Shown here in pieces: positions 26,119 to 39,603 of a stretch of DNA of 64,000 nt (the first letter of the stretch is position 1; each line of letters begins with the position of its first letter). The stretch is taken from assembly GCF_964204645.1 (NCBI RefSeq), contig NC_134026.1, positions 25,640,150-25,704,149 on the forward strand, written 5' to 3'. The position numbers were made by a program, and so were the translations under genes. Origin of the DNA: Tubulanus polymorphus (taxonomy: Eukaryota; Animalia; Nemertea). A model generated the notes under the pieces. That model was not told where the DNA came from. It saw only the letters and a program-made list of their open reading frames with translations, and ran no database searches.

Positions 26119-29100
26119 ATGCGCGCAAAGAGCACGGACGGTGCAACGATGTCGATTTCGGAGCCGCGTTTAAACAGCAGGGGCTCGCTTGAAGAACAAG
26201 AAGAAATCAAAAAGGAACGCCGACTGACGGCGTACGAACGAGTCACCGAAGAGCTTACCAAAGATCAAAAAGCTTTAAAAGAACTCACTCTCGGAAAACG
26301 AATCGGATTCTACCGAATTCGCGGAGAAATAGGATCCGGTAATTTCTCTCAAGTTAGAATGGCAATACACGCTCTAACCAGGGGTAAGTTGAGGACGCTT
26401 TAATGTCTGAATAACGATGTTGTTAACCAACAATCATCTGGATAACATTGTGAAATGATCGATAGTGAATGAAATCTCTGAGAATCATATTTATGATTGG
26501 CATAATGTTTGATTTGACACGTTCACATATCAATTATGAGGAAATGATAGTTAAGACTCCCTGATATATTTGTGAAATAAGGTTAATTTAAGAGGTTGTA
26601 ATTAGCAAGTAAGACAATAGAGACTGGTTTTATAAACAAGTTTCGACTTAACCCTGGGTTTACCATTAAACGATTGGTTAAAGTTGAAAGAGTCGAAACT
26701 TGTCTGTGAAGTTAGCTCATGTTGGCTAATTTCTGGTTAATTTAGTCGATAAACTTTTTGAAAAGAAGTTTTTGTCATGATTATATGAAAAAAAGGTCAT
26801 TTGTTTCAATATTTTATCTTTAGAGCGCTATAACTGTCATGAAATAAAATCTCATCCCTAAATAGTGCACATAATGATGTATAAATCATTCAAAATCATT
26901 AAAGAATTCTTTTTTCTTCTACATTCACATCAATTTCAAGAGCCAATATGTCTAATGCAGAATGGCAGATTTTACGAATATCTGGCTGTCAGATGCACAC
27001 CATTAATAGCGCCTCATAGCAAATTGCGTCTGTGCTTCGAGCACGTGATTTTAATGTGATTTAGCTTACAGAATGCGCTACTGTGCATTACCAAGCGTGG
27101 AAAGGTTTTTCAAATCCAATTAACTGCAAAATCTCCGCCAGAACTTTTCCATCATCGTATAACGTATTTATCAGGTGTCATGATGATTCTGCATTTCTTG
27201 AGATGAAAAAAAAACTTTCGTTTAAAAAAATTCTCAAGTGTCACAAAACTAGCGTTTTGTTGTACATGTATATTGAAAAAGTATTTCAAATCTATAATCA
27301 ACCACTGATTTTTTCCGATGTCGATACCTTCTGATGACGTGCTAATTACGTATAACTGAACTCTTCTCTGTTATTCATTTAACAGAGAAAGTGGCAATCA
27401 AGATTCTCGACAAAACGAAACTCGACCAGAAAACTCAGCGTTTATTGTCGCGAGAAATTTCCAGCATGGAGCGCTTACACCATCCGAATATCATACGTTT
27501 ATACGAGGTGATAGAGACACTAGCGAAATTACACATCGTCATGGAGTACGCTGGAGGCGGTGAACTGTTCACGAAAATCTCACAAGAGGGTAAAATGTCT
27601 GAACCGGAGTCAACACGAATATATGCTCAAGTCGTTGCTGCTGTTGAACACATGGTATGTACCGCGTACATGATCAATAGATGGGGTAATGTCATATTTG
27701 TGAAATTAGGTAAACCTTGATTTCAGTCAATCGTCAAAAGTACTGTTATCCCTGAACGAATGAATATAGCGTGTTTGTATTGATGTCGTTTTTGTTGTAG
27801 CCATTAAATCTGTGCTATAACTTTGATTTATTATTTACCGGTTTATATCGAGTTTTATTGCGGCTCGGAGCGAGAATATCTAAGTGCATTTATAGAGATC
27901 TGAACACGGACGTATATAAACACTAGTTCATAAGTCTGTGGTCTGGAAAGCAATTACATGGTATTAGTCGCCGATGATATTAGTGTGCGACGTATCTGCT
28001 ATAGCGAATCACTTGTGTACACGTTAGAATTTCTCAAGCTACATCATTAAAAGTCGGATAATTCCCTAATCGGCATCGAAATGATGACTGATGAGTTTAC
28101 ATTTTCTTCATCATTCATGATTGCATGTATTGCATTTCTAAACGCCTCAAATCTCTGCAGAGTTTCATGTTTTTTGTTCATCTCAAATCAATTCATATTT
28201 CAAATGAATGCGTTGAAATTGAATATAAGCTCGGGTCCTCGACGCAGCACGTTCCCACCAGGGTATATCAGATACTACATTCATCGTGGGGGATATTTTC
28301 ACTTGCATAAATCGTATTCTCACTAATTGGCGCGAACTAACTTTTAGCACTACTGACACTGCTGTGCAAAGGGTGTTCTTCCTGAAAATTGTATACATTC
28401 ATCAATCTCGGGTCGATGCTACGATTTCAACCGATCCACTCTTTGGACATGACATTGTAAGTCCTTGCGGGTATATCGTATTCAATCCATATATTGTATA
28501 CATATCCATCAACAACTAATCAAATATCATGTAATATATTGATTATTGATCATGGCATTAGACGCAACTTATTCCGGAGGAAGTAAAAAATCATCTCATG
28601 TTGATGAAGGCACGAGATTTGTTATCATCGGCCTTGAATAAGATTTGATCAAATTTGTTGGAATAATCTGTTTTTATGTACAATTCGGCCACAATTACGA
28701 TATAATGACCAATCCATCTTATATATGATAGATCTTTTCCAATTTTTGACTTGTTTCGGTTGAAAGTGTCAAATAAGAAGTGATTTATGCAAGAATCTAT
28801 TCTACGTTGTTGACAAAAGAGATATAAAGATTCTATTACTGTTTCCCTTGAATTAGTAGTAAAAATTGTAAATGTATGATGTCCACCATTACATCGAACA
28901 CCAGCATTAATCACAATTCAAATTGTAGAGTATGGACCCCATTACGAATACGTGTTCTTTTCATCCGTCACCCGTACTGACTGTGACTGATGATGATGGA
29001 AGCTGTGTCAGTACGTAGAGGCGTGTCGGTATCGCTGTGGACCGTTGAGAAAATTGGTATCATTCAGTTCACCTTACTTCTGTTCAGATGAACTGATTGA

Positions 29101-30390
29101 ATGTGTAGTTATTAACAACTGCGTACTATTAGATTACCCATCCCATTAACAGCCATGACAAATCCTTGATCGATTTCATGTCTTGGTTACACATGGCAAC
29201 ATACAATAATATCCTCACGTTCGCTTTGTTTGGGTTGCAGATATTTTTTCTTAGTGTTTCCTATTGATGTATGATGAGGCAATTTGAGTTAGAAATCTTG
29301 ATGTAATAATTGATAGGCTTAGCCTTGGGGGCACCCCCGAACTTTTTACCTCGGTTAACAATTTTAGTACAATGATTTGGTAAGTGGTTGCTACGGTCAC
29401 TCTTGGGTGACAGGAAAATTCTTGATATCAATCTCATTATAAAAAATTCAGACCCCCTTAAAGGACTTTTGACCTACAGTCGTCCTCGGTAACAGAAAAG
29501 CTGTTGTGTACACAGTACTTCTACTCGGATGCCCTTCCCCCTCCCCCTACCCTCATTCAAAAATTAGGGGCATCAACCTACCACTTTTCTAACTTTTTTT
29601 AATGAACTTTTCTTCTATTTTTCAGCATGATAATCACATAATACATCGTGATCTGAAGGCGGAAAACGTGTTTTACGCGAGTCCTCATTCTGTTAAAGTT
29701 GGTGATTTTGGCTTTAGTACATTCAGTCGTCCAGATCAAACACTAAATACATTCTGCGGATCTCCTCCCTATGCCGCACCGGAATTGTTCAAAGATGAAA
29801 ATTATTACGGTGTTTACGTGGATGTATGGGCCCTGGGTATATTGTTATATTTCATGGTAACTGGAATAATGCCATTTCGAGCCGAAACCGTAGCAAAACT
29901 GAAAAAGGTCATTCTGGAAGGAGCATTTACGTTGCCGAGTTACGTGTCGGATAGTTGTCAGTTTCTTATACGTAACATTCTAAAACCACTTCCACACGAT
30001 CGTTTTTCAATAGATGAGATCCGAAAATCGGAATGGCTCGAAGGGCAAGAATTTCCGGAGCCTTTAGAACAGTATGAACTGAATCCTACGCTCAATATCG
30101 GTATGTTAAAAGACGACGAGAAAGAAGCGCGAAAAGTTTTACTCGAACTCGGAATCGACAACGACCACATCAAACAGGTTCAAGGTCGTGATTCGCGGAG
30201 TAGCGTGACGGGTACGTATCGCATCGTTCTGCATCGTATTCACAAGAAAAACTCGAACATCCAGGAGACGATCGCGGAAGATGAGACGAATGCCAATCAT
30301 GTACAAAACGGAATTAACGAAATTCCCCAACAGAGGCCTCCGGGTGCAATTCAGGATAAACGCACTTCTAAATTTTGTACGATTCTATAG
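26119..30390 (+). CDS. NIM1K: Serine/threonine kinase NIM1 (AMPK-related); exons 26119-26383, 27386-27654, 29626-30390
   Basis: Kinase motifs [26 protein letters not shown] and [16 protein letters not shown] junctions keep frame (phases 1 and 0). The C-terminus TSKFCTIL is a CaaX box matching my recollection of NIM1K proteins. Confidence 0.93.
26636..26703. repeat. Small inverted repeat (13-bp arms) in NIM1K intron 1, probable MITE relic
   Basis: acaagtttcgact ... agtcgaaacttgt. Confidence 0.6.
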
Positions 30391-32634
30391 ACTTGGCCTT
30401 ATCTAATGTTACGTGTCAAATAGCCTGTGATCCTTTTTCTAAAACTGTGTTAATGTTGTGTTATTGGTTATATATCTATTTTAAGTTTAATATTTATTGT
30501 GTATACTGAAACGGTACCAGTACCGGTATAATGAATGTCACTCTCCTCCCCACCGTTTTAGCCATGCAGGTCTAGGCTGAATACTTTTAAATCGCACAAG
30601 AAGTGCTCTGGTTTTATGACACTGATCTCAACGAAAATTGCGGGGATCGTATGACAGATTTTATAGTGACAGACTGACATCTTCTTCAATGCCGTTTGCG
30701 TTTACTGCATTTGATAATGAATCATAATTGTGAAAAATAATGTGACATACTGTCACCTTTCTGTTTTTCATATTACTTTGTGTATGTGCTATCAGCAGTG
30801 TTCACACTTGTCTGGGCTCACTTTATATGTATCAACATATCGAAGACTGGTTCTAATTTCTACCGATCACTGTTAGTTACAGTTCAACCCAATGTCTGAT
30901 TTAATGATTCCAAATTTGGTCCTGGCCAGAGATGTCAGTGTGAATGCGGGCAGCTTGAGTGTGAATCTCACAATTTGTTGTTTTTCCAGTTTCATTAGAA
31001 TCATGCAGTGTAGGCCTAATGTTTGCTGTTAATAATACTCTCTCAAAATCATGACAACTTAACCGTTCATTCTCTACCAAAAGTGTTTTTGTTCAAGAGT
31101 TATGTGTTTATATGTAGCACATTTTGGAGATGAATACATTATGTACAAATACCCAATATCCATTTGCAATATATTTGTTACCTTAAAAAGTCAAGCCACG
31201 AGTAATGATATCGAATGACATAATTATGATCAATTTCAAAATTTTCAGTTCATTCTATTTACTATTTTGGTGGTAAACCCCTAATGGTTACTCCTTTAGT
31301 CCAGAAATGTTAAAAACTTTATCAAAATTTGAATGGATGTTAAGTCTGCTGGCAGACAATGGTTAGACTATGTTGTGGCGACAAGCTAAGACTGTTATAC
31401 ATTAGATGTGATTAATGGTTTTTCGTTGAAAAAAGTATAAATTGTTTCAGTTTTGTTTGCCAAAACTATATACCGGTATACTAAATACTATCAAACAACA
31501 GGGTCTTTATTTTTCATTCAGTCATCTTCTGTACGATTTGTTCATCATAAAAACATCAAAAATAGTATATTCGTAAAGGTCCTTGACTTTTTTCTCAGTT
31601 CCCGTGGCAGCCTTTTAGAAAATTGACTTTTCACAAGAGGCTTTTGTCACATGTATGTCTCATTCAGTGCAATTAAGTTCAGAAGGCTGATCTATGAATT
31701 TTTGCTAAGACAGTACCCCGTTTATTGTTAAGATCATCAAAGAACAATTATAATTCACTATGCTTATTCACGACCGATGTCAGAGCATTAAAGATTTTAG
31801 GTAATGCATCAAAACTGGTGTAAGAATGTACTATGTGACATGAGCTTTCTTAGCCATTTCTACCACCAATGAATTACAAGAATAATCACGATACTTTTTA
31901 ATAGCTCTTGTGAGTGGCCTTTTGCTCTTGAACTCAAATGAATTCCTTGCACAATACATTTAATTGTTGGTGAGATGTTGAAACTGCTGAAATTCATTGA
32001 AATGATGGGACCTTGAAATTGAACAGGAAATCACATTCTATGTTCTATATTTTAGCACTCTATGGGGCACAAATCACTGCGAGTTGTTAATCTATTATTG
32101 TTATGTGTACTATTTTTTCAGAGAAGATATATTTTAGACTGAGATATACTAATGAGGTTGTTTTTTTTTCATGGTATCAGAGTCTAGTCTTTAATTGTAA
32201 TAACAGAATGCACATTGAAGCATGTGCAAATAAAGTGTAAACTTTTTAAACATTCCTGTTTTGAGCTTTTCCAATTCTTAGTGTTCGTCCATTTGAATAT
32301 TTATTTAAAGGCTCTTTGGACCAGAATCAACTTTCAAGCTGGCTTTGTTACATTCCTATTCTCAAATCCTTGAAGAGATCATATCTGCAAAGAAATTCAT
32401 CAGGCGTATGTATTACGTATTAGCTCTTATCGTTACAGCAATAGAAACGACTATTTGAAATCTTCCAATCAATGAATGAAGTAAAAACCAAGAACATGAA
32501 TATTAATTTGCATCAAAATCAAACAATGATTTAATCATTTACTAGTAACAGAATTATGCAAAATACCATACATGCCGTTTCAAATGACCGATTATGAAAA
32601 ATCTAAATCTTAAAATGCCAACGACGAAGTGTTA

Positions 32635-32983
32635 AGCCTAGCGCACATCGACACTGGGGTTGGAGACAACTAGTTGCAAGGCAGTTTTCGGCGCATGAGA
32701 GGAACTGGCTGGATACGTACGATCAGTTGCTTGAATGTGTCGATGTGAGCGAGCTAACGATTGGTAAGCGTCGATCTATCTCCAGTTCCAGCCAGTTGCC
32801 CATGTTCTACTTTTGAGCAACTGGTTGTACTCAATCGCAGTCATATCCGTCGATGTGCGCGCTCTGGATCTCGACATGCGCCATGCAGTTGCTGACCGGT
32901 TGTAACTAGATTTCGATGTGCGCGGGGTAATCGTTCGGTATCAACTAGTTGTCTCCAATCGCAGTGTCGATGTGCGCTAGGCT
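32635..32983. mobile_element. PIF/Harbinger (Tourist-like) MITE with TTA target-site duplication
   Basis: TIRs of ~40 bp: AGCCTAGCGCACATCGACACTG... and ...CAGTGTCGATGTGCGCTAGGCT. TTA flanks both ends (32632-32634, 32984-32986). The motif TCGATGTG(C/A)G recurs internally. Confidence 0.85.
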
Positions 32984-33285
32984 TTAGAAACATATCCATT
33001 AGAAAGCCGTAAAACGAAACTAACGACTCGAGGAAACATTAAACTGAAATGTTTTGACCGTTTCCTTTGGGATAACTATGAAAACTGCACCGATGCTCTC
33101 TTTCACCGGCCGCAGATTAGACATCCGAGCTACAGAACTGCTATGCGTAAAAATGACCGTAATGTCTGTTAAATGTGAACTTCGCGTTTTTAAACATTGT
33201 TAAAGTCATGCGAAGAAAAACGTAAAGATCAAAGTATACACAAAATCATAGTGTCTTGACGAGATGAAACACATATTGTTATGCG

Positions 33286-36200
33286 TCAAGTATGCGACAT
33301 GTATTTTAAAACTGCCATCGTCAGAATTGACGAAATTAGCGCGGACGAGTTTGATAATCGAGCCTTGGTCGTTGAATTGCAATAGTTCTCTTCACAGAAG
33401 CAGTATGTGGCGGTATATTTTCCTTTCGTGAATTCGCGACAGCCTGCGCTGAAATTCAATCCAGGTATCTGATACGGAGAGTAACACACCCGTACTGTGG
33501 CTGTTATATAATCTAAAAATGAAGATATAACTGTATACAATAGATCTTCAGACTACTGATTAACGTACGAGTAATTGAGGTCTTGACAAAATTTCACACC
33601 ATTCACAGATATCCCTGGCATTTAATAAAGAATATACGAGAGAAATCCCACATTAAATTCAGCCAAAGATGAAAAGTTCTATACTCGTTTACTATTGACA
33701 TTTTCATGTTAGGCTGATTTATTCATTGTGGGATTTCTCTCGTATATTCATTTCACTTTATTTTAGGGAGGTGCGCCTGTAGCCCTTCTAGATCCACCCT
33801 AGGCCATATATAAGATGGGGAATGAATAACTGATAAATGATTGAAAATCTTCCCCATCAACACTTGATCGCAGTTTGATCGATGGACTGTCGCGCAACTA
33901 CTTTAAACGTTGTATTCAAACAAAATTTAATATCACTGATCGAAATCAATCATCGATTTTGATAAAGCCTATATCGACAGCCGCTCAAATAAACGACTGA
34001 ATTTTCTCCCGGATAAGATGGATTCATTTTATATAACATAGATTTCGTTGAATACTCGTTTACAAGTTCACCGCATTCGAATTTATCAATTCCTAACCGT
34101 TTTCTCGTTTCGGATATTGAATTTGGACTGCACAAGTCTCAACCCCTGGTCCACACGGGATAGGAACGATCTTCCATGGGTCGAATGGATATCCACAACC
34201 TGGATGATGAACACTTTCACAGTGGTAGCACATGATGCACAAACCTGAAATACAAATGTTGTTACTTTTTAGTGTATGGCAAGCATTTATTGTTGATTTT
34301 GGCGCATTCAAACTTCAGCGTATTAACGAAAGCTCCCAGTATCGGCCCTTCAAGCCATTTTCCGGTTCATTGAAAATTGCTGAACTAACTTCAGAGGTTA
34401 GTTGTAAAATATAGGCCTTGTAATTGCTTATCGATTCAAGCACACTCGAGGAGATCCGAGATCGCTTTGAAATTTCGATAGAAATAGTCGATGAAGTTTT
34501 TATTGTTTCATTGAAATTAACGCTCGATAATCTCAACAATGCTGTTGGCTCGCTACGTATCTTCATGTTATGTCGTCTGGCATGCAGTTTCACGAAAGCG
34601 GTGAACAGAAAATACAGAACTAGTCGTTTTAATCTTTAATGAGATACGGTCCGTTTTACTTTCATTCTATATCGTCGAAAACAACGATAATTGCTATATG
34701 AGTACAAATAGACAGTTTATTTCTGGAATAGTTTGTATAAGCGATGCGGAGAGCCTATTGCAAACCATACAACGTGTAAAGGATTTTGAGCATGGGGGTC
34801 ACATTTCCCTCGCTCCCTGGTCAGAGATGTCTGGTTGGGTTACTCGTTGATTATCCCAACGTAACGTGTTATTCGTAATGATGTTAGCGAAGACCTACCA
34901 TTTCCTGACGAGGGTGCGAATTGGGTACGGGCATGGAGTAAATAAGACTGTACTCCAAGGTACGCACGGTATATCGGTGAACCACATTCTGTCGTCTTAC
35001 TGATTTTAATCCATTCCAAATGCCATGTCTCGCATATTGTGATCTTTCCAAATCAAATTCGGATGCTATGAATGTTTGATTCTTGTTAAATAAGAACGTG
35101 AAACTGTTGCGCGGGCAAATTGTTTACACTGTGACTAATTACTTTAGTGATATTTGCAGTAGAGGATCATGCACGCTATTATTCCATCCCATTAACTAAT
35201 GCAAAACGAAAATAACGAATTATGAATTATTTCGTGAATCAACGTCAATGAGTTGATGTTCGTCGTTTTTACATTCGAGAACATGGCTATTTACCAGAAT
35301 ATGATTCTGTCGAGCGAAAGAGCATTGAATATCCAGATAATTAAGAATAGTGGCAACATAACGTGGTTCAAGGAGTCATACTGTGGATGTAATCTAACGA
35401 CGCAAATGATTACAAACAGCTTCTCTTTCCCCGAGCAATTGCGGTATCTCTAAGACTCTGCAGTCACGCAAAAAAATGCGTGAACAGAATCTAACTTTCG
35501 GATGGTAATTTTACTTCTGAAGTGAAACAGGTGTCTTAAAAACATCTACCACGGAACGATATATGAGTGTGGGTTGTTTCAGTAAACGCGATCAAGTTTG
35601 CAAAATGAGGTTCAGTCAATCGACCGAGAATCATTTGTGACAAATAGCACGACAGCGTTTCCGCTTTCTATTTCCCTGATTCATGTCGCCGAAGAAAGTT
35701 GAGACGTATCGGATCATTGAATATGAGGTTCTTTTCATTAATTATTTCTGTTTAATGCGAAAATGTCCTCACAAGAATCTCTGCATCGTACGAGATAATG
35801 CGTGTATAGTCTTTTGGTTATGGGATTAATGTCTTAACTTCTCTGGTCGATTGAGGTGTACATATATCATAGTAGTGATTCTCTCCGAGAACAGGCGTCA
35901 TGAATAAATCTGTTGCATCAAGTAAATCCCTCAACGCGCACATAGCCTAATAAATGGCCAGGTTTGAGAGTAAATGTGAATAATTTAGAATTGTGTTTAA
36001 TTTCCGAATAGTCAATACGATACGAAAACTGAGAATCGGAAATCGGTATAAAAGCTAAGCTTGTAACTGATACAATTTGAGTCCTTAAATCCATTTATTC
36101 AGTAAGAAGTAAATATTTAATGGTGTTTTCCTCGCTTGCCGGGTTGAAGTCATGTTCTATCCTCGTCCGTAGAATTTAGACAAATCTCGTATTACCAAAG

Positions 36201-39200
36201 TCCAAAAGCAACGTGGGTATTTCCTCCCGGCATTTCCTTTTTCTTCTTATACATATATACTTCCCCTAGCGTTTTAACACTAATTCAAACGCCTAGCAAA
36301 TTCGATTTAGCACCATATACAACTATCATCATCGATTGTTCAGCTATACGGGAATCGTCGGTGCGTCAGAGCGTCAGATTCTGTTGCCATTTTGTAGGAT
36401 TGATTAAAAAGCATCTTATGTCGAATCAAGAATCTCGATTTTATCACGACTTGTCAGTTATCATTTGACATCTTTCGGAAACCGTGCAGTTCTTTCCCTC
36501 GAAGCAGTAGCAGAATTATACAGAGCTCTTTATTGTTAGAATAATCATAGCGATGAATTGTTTAAGACGTATAGCTAGACAGCATAGCGTATGAGACAAT
36601 AGTTTTGTCTTATCGAATTCGACGAGTGTTATGACTTGCAATAAGTACCAATATTAGACGATCATGACGCGGAGAACGTTATTAGAAGGATCAGAACTGA
36701 GACAGTAGTGGGCCGTCGGCGGTTAGACGTGTTTGATAAAACATAGTGTCGAAAGAATCATAGAACAAGTTCACCAAGTGTTCTATTTTTTAGGAAGCAG
36801 AATTGTTCACGTAGCTGCGGGTTTTTCATGTGTGCACTTATCATTTCCATAACGTCATGACCAATGTAATGGTATGGCATCGCTGTCCCCGATAATATGC
36901 ACGCTAAAAATGACAGTTGATCACCGACAAAAGAAAACACACCTATGATTTGTTACTGGATCAGTCTATGGTACGATTAAGAACGAAAGCCGATCTTACA
37001 TGCTTAGACATAATCGGCTTTTGCAAAATATTAGCGCGGCCAACATCGAAGATAAGATCTGAGACTGGAAACCAATAATAACTGGCCATTTACGATAGCT
37101 AACTCAGAAAGCAATTTCAAGACTCTGCGCCTCTTGCCTGATAATAGAGAGAAATCTTTCGAGAAATGTTAATCATCAACGTTTTCTGGCATTACCAAAA
37201 GTATTCGTTTATACATCGTCTGTGTATTCGTCATAATTACATATCTATTTGCCTTAGTTCTCTCGCGAATTGTCATCTGGACATTGGGCAATAACGGAAA
37301 GTACCTCAGACACAATGTATTTATACAAAAATACACGAGCGGTCGATATGAAACATAAACCGACAAATGAACACACACTTGTATTTGGTAAAAGTAATCT
37401 CCGTCTAAAATCGACCAAATGACATTCGCTGGTGTAATCGGTGCCCCTAGAGTGTAATACATCTTTCCAAAACTTCTTATCTATTCATTAACACCGTGCC
37501 GCCACATGCAATTATAGTCTCCCAAAACTGTCGTACGGCACAAACGCCGCAACTGTACCGCACTGTTGCTCAACTCGCGAAGCAGATCATACAATTTGCA
37601 CTCTCGTCAATTTTCCCGTATCCTCTCGGAATTATGAAAATTCCAATATCGAGCCGAGTTCGTTCGTGTAGAAAATAAACACGGACGAATGGAAATATGG
37701 GAAAAAATCGCAAGTAATATGCAGGTGTGAGACACCGAACGGTTCACGATATCCAGGTAATGTACGCAGAGTACACTTGCGTTCCATTAGATTTACACCG
37801 CTACGAACATTTTTTGAGCATTTGCGAGGTGGTGGTTTCATTTCTATCCAATAAAAATGACATCAGAATCCCATTTGCTCCATATCGACGGACTAATCAT
37901 CCCTGACATTCCATCAAAGCAAATTGAGTAAACTTAGAAAGCATCGTTTTTATCAAAAAGTTCCAAAACCCAGAAGAGAAATAGATTTAGCTTTATCGAA
38001 ATATGGTTCGTGCACTTTTGGTGTATCTTGAAATCTAAATGAACCATAGGCTAATTTACCTAAGGGCTAAAACGTTTCTGGAAGTCAAGTCATGCATATT
38101 CGATGCAAAACGTGACAAAACATGCGATAAAATGAATCTTTTCGGCATCCTCGAGCCACTCACCTATTCTACCAATCCCCTCTCGTTATAACCGATTGGA
38201 AATGAAGAGCCTGGCAGTGTTTGAGTTTTATGAGCTTTGTCAAAAGATAACTTTATAAAATGGGAGAGATTTTTAACGACGGCAAACGCCCGGGGAGTGT
38301 TATCAAGTCAAATCAACTGCAATACAGCGTATCCATCTTGCTCCTAGTGAATCCCGTGAGTCTGATGAAAATGTTTTAAATCATCTTCTTATCTAGTCAT
38401 CAGAAAACAGAGTACACTTAGAAAAACTTTCTATTTCTATCGACTTTCCCGCGGGAAAATGCAAACGTAAATGATAAATGCAAAATAGCAAACATTAATT
38501 TTAGGAACGTTATTCTTAGCTAGAAATAACTTATCCGTGCCTTTTCGGGCATCCATTCTATTGTGGCTCTTTGCATGCTTTCTTTTTGAGGCAAAGCCTA
38601 CGAAATCTCTACCCCCCCCCCCCCAAAAAACAAAATATAGTTCTTGTAACTTGCGAGGTAAAAAAAAAAACGAGAGAGCGGTTGTTATCGTACGCTTCAG
38701 GGAGCAATTTAACGAGATGAAATATAAGAGGCCAGAAAACACAGACTGTCTCCAAATAGCTTCACAAATAATATGTCACCACCGATGATAAGGCCGATGT
38801 GTTTTCGTGTTATTAGAATTGCTGTCTATACAGTTGACTACTAGTGTTAGATATCTTACGGATGGTAGATTGAGAAAAAATATTTAACATTTCCCAGATT
38901 TACCGACTAGACAAGACTAAAAACAAGACTGTTTCATTTATTTCATCATTAACAAAGTGAAGGTATGGAATACAAGGCAATTGATTTGAGTTGATGCCGC
39001 ATATTCTTCACTGATTTACATACCCGCCCGTTGCACTATGTGCGGACGTAAGGCATTTACTTGATAGTTAAGAATAATATCAGGAATGTTTCAATTTCCG
39101 CAAATCTACCTCTAAGTGGCCTAGAAATTGATGAAATATATAAACGTTTCCAATCGGAGGTCACAGCTGAACTAAGCCGTGATAATTAAGGAATAGTCCT

Positions 39201-39603
39201 GTTAGTCATTGTCTGGAAAGATCGTACATCGAATCATGGACTCATTCCTTTTAGAGTCCACGATCGGATTCACGTGATGTGTTGCCGAGTAATTTCCACC
39301 ATTTACGTACTACAAAGAAAAGCTCGCCTTAACACAGCTGGGATATAACTTTTCTACTCTGGTCACCTGACACTAATTAAAGCAGATACCATGCAAGTTC
39401 GTGTATTTTTTCCAATAGAATAGCTGAAAACTATTCAAATAAGGGAATAAAACAGAATGTGTTATGAAAAGTTCAAAAAAGTGCTTTGAGAAAAAGAAAG
39501 GCGACCAATTTTCAAAATAACGTTAAAAGTATTATTTACCTTTAGAACACAGTTCTGCAAGAAAATAAAGTAGCAGAACCAAGCATCGATAAAGTAAATC
39601 CAT
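33286..39603 (-). CDS. Ly6/uPAR three-finger GPI-anchored protein, quiver/sleepless-like; exons 39603-39540, 34244-34098, 33512-33286
   Basis: Spliced product MDLLYRCLVLLLYFLAELCSKG-LCIMCYHC...GC...C...C...VRVC...GC...YCFCEENYCN followed by a hydrophobic tail. It has a signal peptide, a 10-Cys LU pattern ending CxCxxxxCN and a GPI-like tail. Both introns are phase 1 with GT-AG. The signal-peptide exon is less certain than the other two. Confidence 0.8.
33630..33749. mobile_element. ~120-bp palindromic MITE-like element in the Ly6 gene intron
   Basis: 23-bp perfect arms gaatatacgagagaaatcccaca / tgtgggatttctctcgtatattc, with further imperfect inner pairing (tcagcc/ggctga). Confidence 0.7.

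Noticed and set aside
33950-34135. ORF that looks like a frameshifted continuation of the Ly6 exon
   Set aside because: A GT donor at 34097 splices in frame to 33512, so this sequence is intronic.
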